A stretch of 63,398 nucleotides of DNA, the filler included, from Octopus bimaculoides (lineage: Eukaryota), in assembly GCF_001194135.2 (NCBI RefSeq). It is 7 parts of 5 records of this genome, joined end to end, with 100 filler letters (N's around TTAATTAATTAA, not from the genome) between each part and the next. Parts side by side here need not be neighbours in the genome. Positions count along the whole stretch, not along the records: positions 61,420 to 63,398 come from NC_068982.1; 6 more parts are not named here. One strand, written 5' to 3'. Every line of letters begins with the position of its first letter. Within the stretch, counting starts at the first letter, position 1. The notes under the pieces are model-generated. The model ran no database searches and was not told the DNA's origin. It saw only the letters and a program-made list of their open reading frames with translations. Below are positions 61,700-63,398 of the stretch, piece by piece. A program made the position numbers and the translations under genes.

Positions 61700-63360
61700 G
61701 ATCAACAAAATGTGAAGAGTCAGCTACTGTTTCAAATCTTCCCGAAACACAGGAGCTGGAATATTCCAACAGATGGCCATCCTCACTCAGTATCAAATAA
61801 CCAAACGAAAAAGAATGAAAAATAGTCAAGGGGAGGTAATAAAGAATATTCCAACAAATGGCCATCCACACTCGGCATCAAATAACCAAAAGAAAAAGAA
61901 TGAAAAATAGTCAAAGGGAGGTAATAAAGAAGTTCTACCATGCCATATATTTCCCCACAAATAAATCTAATACTGAACAAACCTACCTAAACTGGAGACG
62001 GAAACACCTAGAAGTAAGATCCTACATAGATAGTAACATCAAGAGAAGCATTATGAAAAAGAAAAAGCACAGAAAAAAAGCACAGAAAAAGCTAAGCGTA
62101 TGAAAACCCGTGCTAAAACTGCAACCTTAGATATTCTTACTGATAAATGGCAAGAAAAGCCTCTCAATGGCAAATACCCAAAGGGTATGCCGATGTTGAC
62201 AAAGCCCTTAGCCATCAATGGTTAGTGTCATCTGACTTAAAATCAGAAACAGAAGAGCTTATCATAGCAGCCTAAGATCAATGCCTACCAACAAGGAGCG
62301 ACCAGGCCAACATATTAAAGAACGGCAATAGTCCAAAATGTGTATGTAAACAACACATGTAAACATCGATCATGTTGTCGCCATGTGCAGCCTTCTTGCG
62401 CCTACAGAGTATCCCAACAGGCATGGCAGAGCAGTGTGGTGGGATGGAAAACTGAAATGACATCTTACGGAAAAGCTTGGGCACCCTGGGTATCAAAAGG
62501 GGGATTTTCCAAGGTGATAACCTATCTCCGTTGCATTTTGTTCTCTGCATCATACACCAGACCTTGGTACTTAGAAAAATAAACCTGGGGCACCAACTAA
62601 AGGTAAAAATCCCAAATAATCAACCACCTCCTCTTCATAAATGATTTGAAACTGCATGGCAAAGATGAGACACATGTGAGTTCCTTGGCGGACACGGTCC
62701 ACTGTTTTAGTACTGATATTAGAATGGAATTTGGACTCAAGAAGTGTGGAATAATCTACAAGATACAGTCCCTAGCAGAGATAGAATTATCGAAAAGAAA
62801 CTTGATTAAACAGATAGAAGCGGAAGGATACAAATACCTTCGTGTATGAAAGAGCAATGAAAGAGCAACTGGGGATGGAATATTTCCGAAGACTGAGGTT
62901 GGAGTTGCGCTCAAAATTGACTGCATGGAGTAAAATCCAAGCAGTTAATACGTGGGCAATAGCAGGACTTCGGTATGGAGCGGGAATTATAAAATGGTAA
63001 AAGAAAGAAGTGATAAGAATGGATACCAAGACCGGAAAAATGTTGGCAGTACACGGAAACTTCCACCCTGAGAGTGACACCGATAGGCTGTACTTGTCGA
63101 GAAGAAAGGGTGGGAGAGGATTGATCAGTTGCAAGGACTGTATCGAAGCAGCCTAGTGTGGTGTATATAAAATGCTGTGGAGCCACTGTTGAAACACACA
63201 AAGAAGGCCGGAGTCATTAACACTGAAAATTGTTAAACTACAGAAAAATTTAAAGAAGAAATGAACGAAAAAAAAAACATGGAAGGAAATGAAAATGTAC
63301 TGTCTGTTTGCAACAGATGTAAACGCCAAGACAGAGAGGACCGGTGGCTATGGATAAGTA
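61700..63360 (+). mobile_element. R4/Dong-like non-LTR retrotransposon fragments (two pieces, out of order)
   Basis: Post-RT block KWQEKPLNGKYP..HQWL.SSDLKSETE.LIIAA.DQCLPT..C..C....DH at 62.1-62.4 kb precedes the RT block RGIFQGD.LSPL.F..INHLLF.NDLKL..MEFGLKKC..YKYL..IQAVNTWAI..LRY..DRLYLSRRKGGRGL. A ~85-bp tandem duplication lies at 61760-61930. Confidence 0.82.
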
Positions 63361-63398
63361 GGAGATAGAGACATATGCATGTATATATATATATATAT

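Noticed and set aside
61760-61930. ~85-bp direct repeat pair
   Set aside because: Only two adjacent copies with no unique spacers, inside LINE debris; not CRISPR.

Overview
This is AT-rich eukaryotic (animal) genomic DNA from a gapped draft scaffold. It is crowded with microsatellites, SINEs, LINE fragments and DNA-transposon remnants. The repeat types suggest a cephalopod, probably Octopus (inference, no search run). There is no prokaryotic operon, rRNA, genuine tRNA or CRISPR array, and most ORFs in the supplied track are microsatellite or N-gap artefacts. Reading splice signals and short frames by eye gives four host-gene pieces. (1) The first coding exon of an NMNAT1/3-like gene (6183-6276, minus). 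(2) A terminal exon encoding a PAM2 motif, matching PAIP2 (15793-15852, minus). (3) A plus-strand gene of at least four coding exons (40655-47073) with consistent splice phases. It encodes MGNWLGS (possible myristoylation), an 18-aa Pro/Ser/Thr repeat and a domain ending in an ankyrin-like repeat that resembles TRANK1. (4) A single neprilysin/ECE-like M13 peptidase exon (58001-58203, minus). Mobile DNA includes hAT, mariner, Gypsy, CRE-like, R4/Dong-like, RTE and Penelope-like pieces, plus a Penelope-type minimal hammerhead ribozyme. I cannot demonstrate a new biological system. The best leads are the plus-strand gene, the hammerhead, intronic inverted repeats and a duplicated first-exon-like module. 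TE boundaries are approximate.
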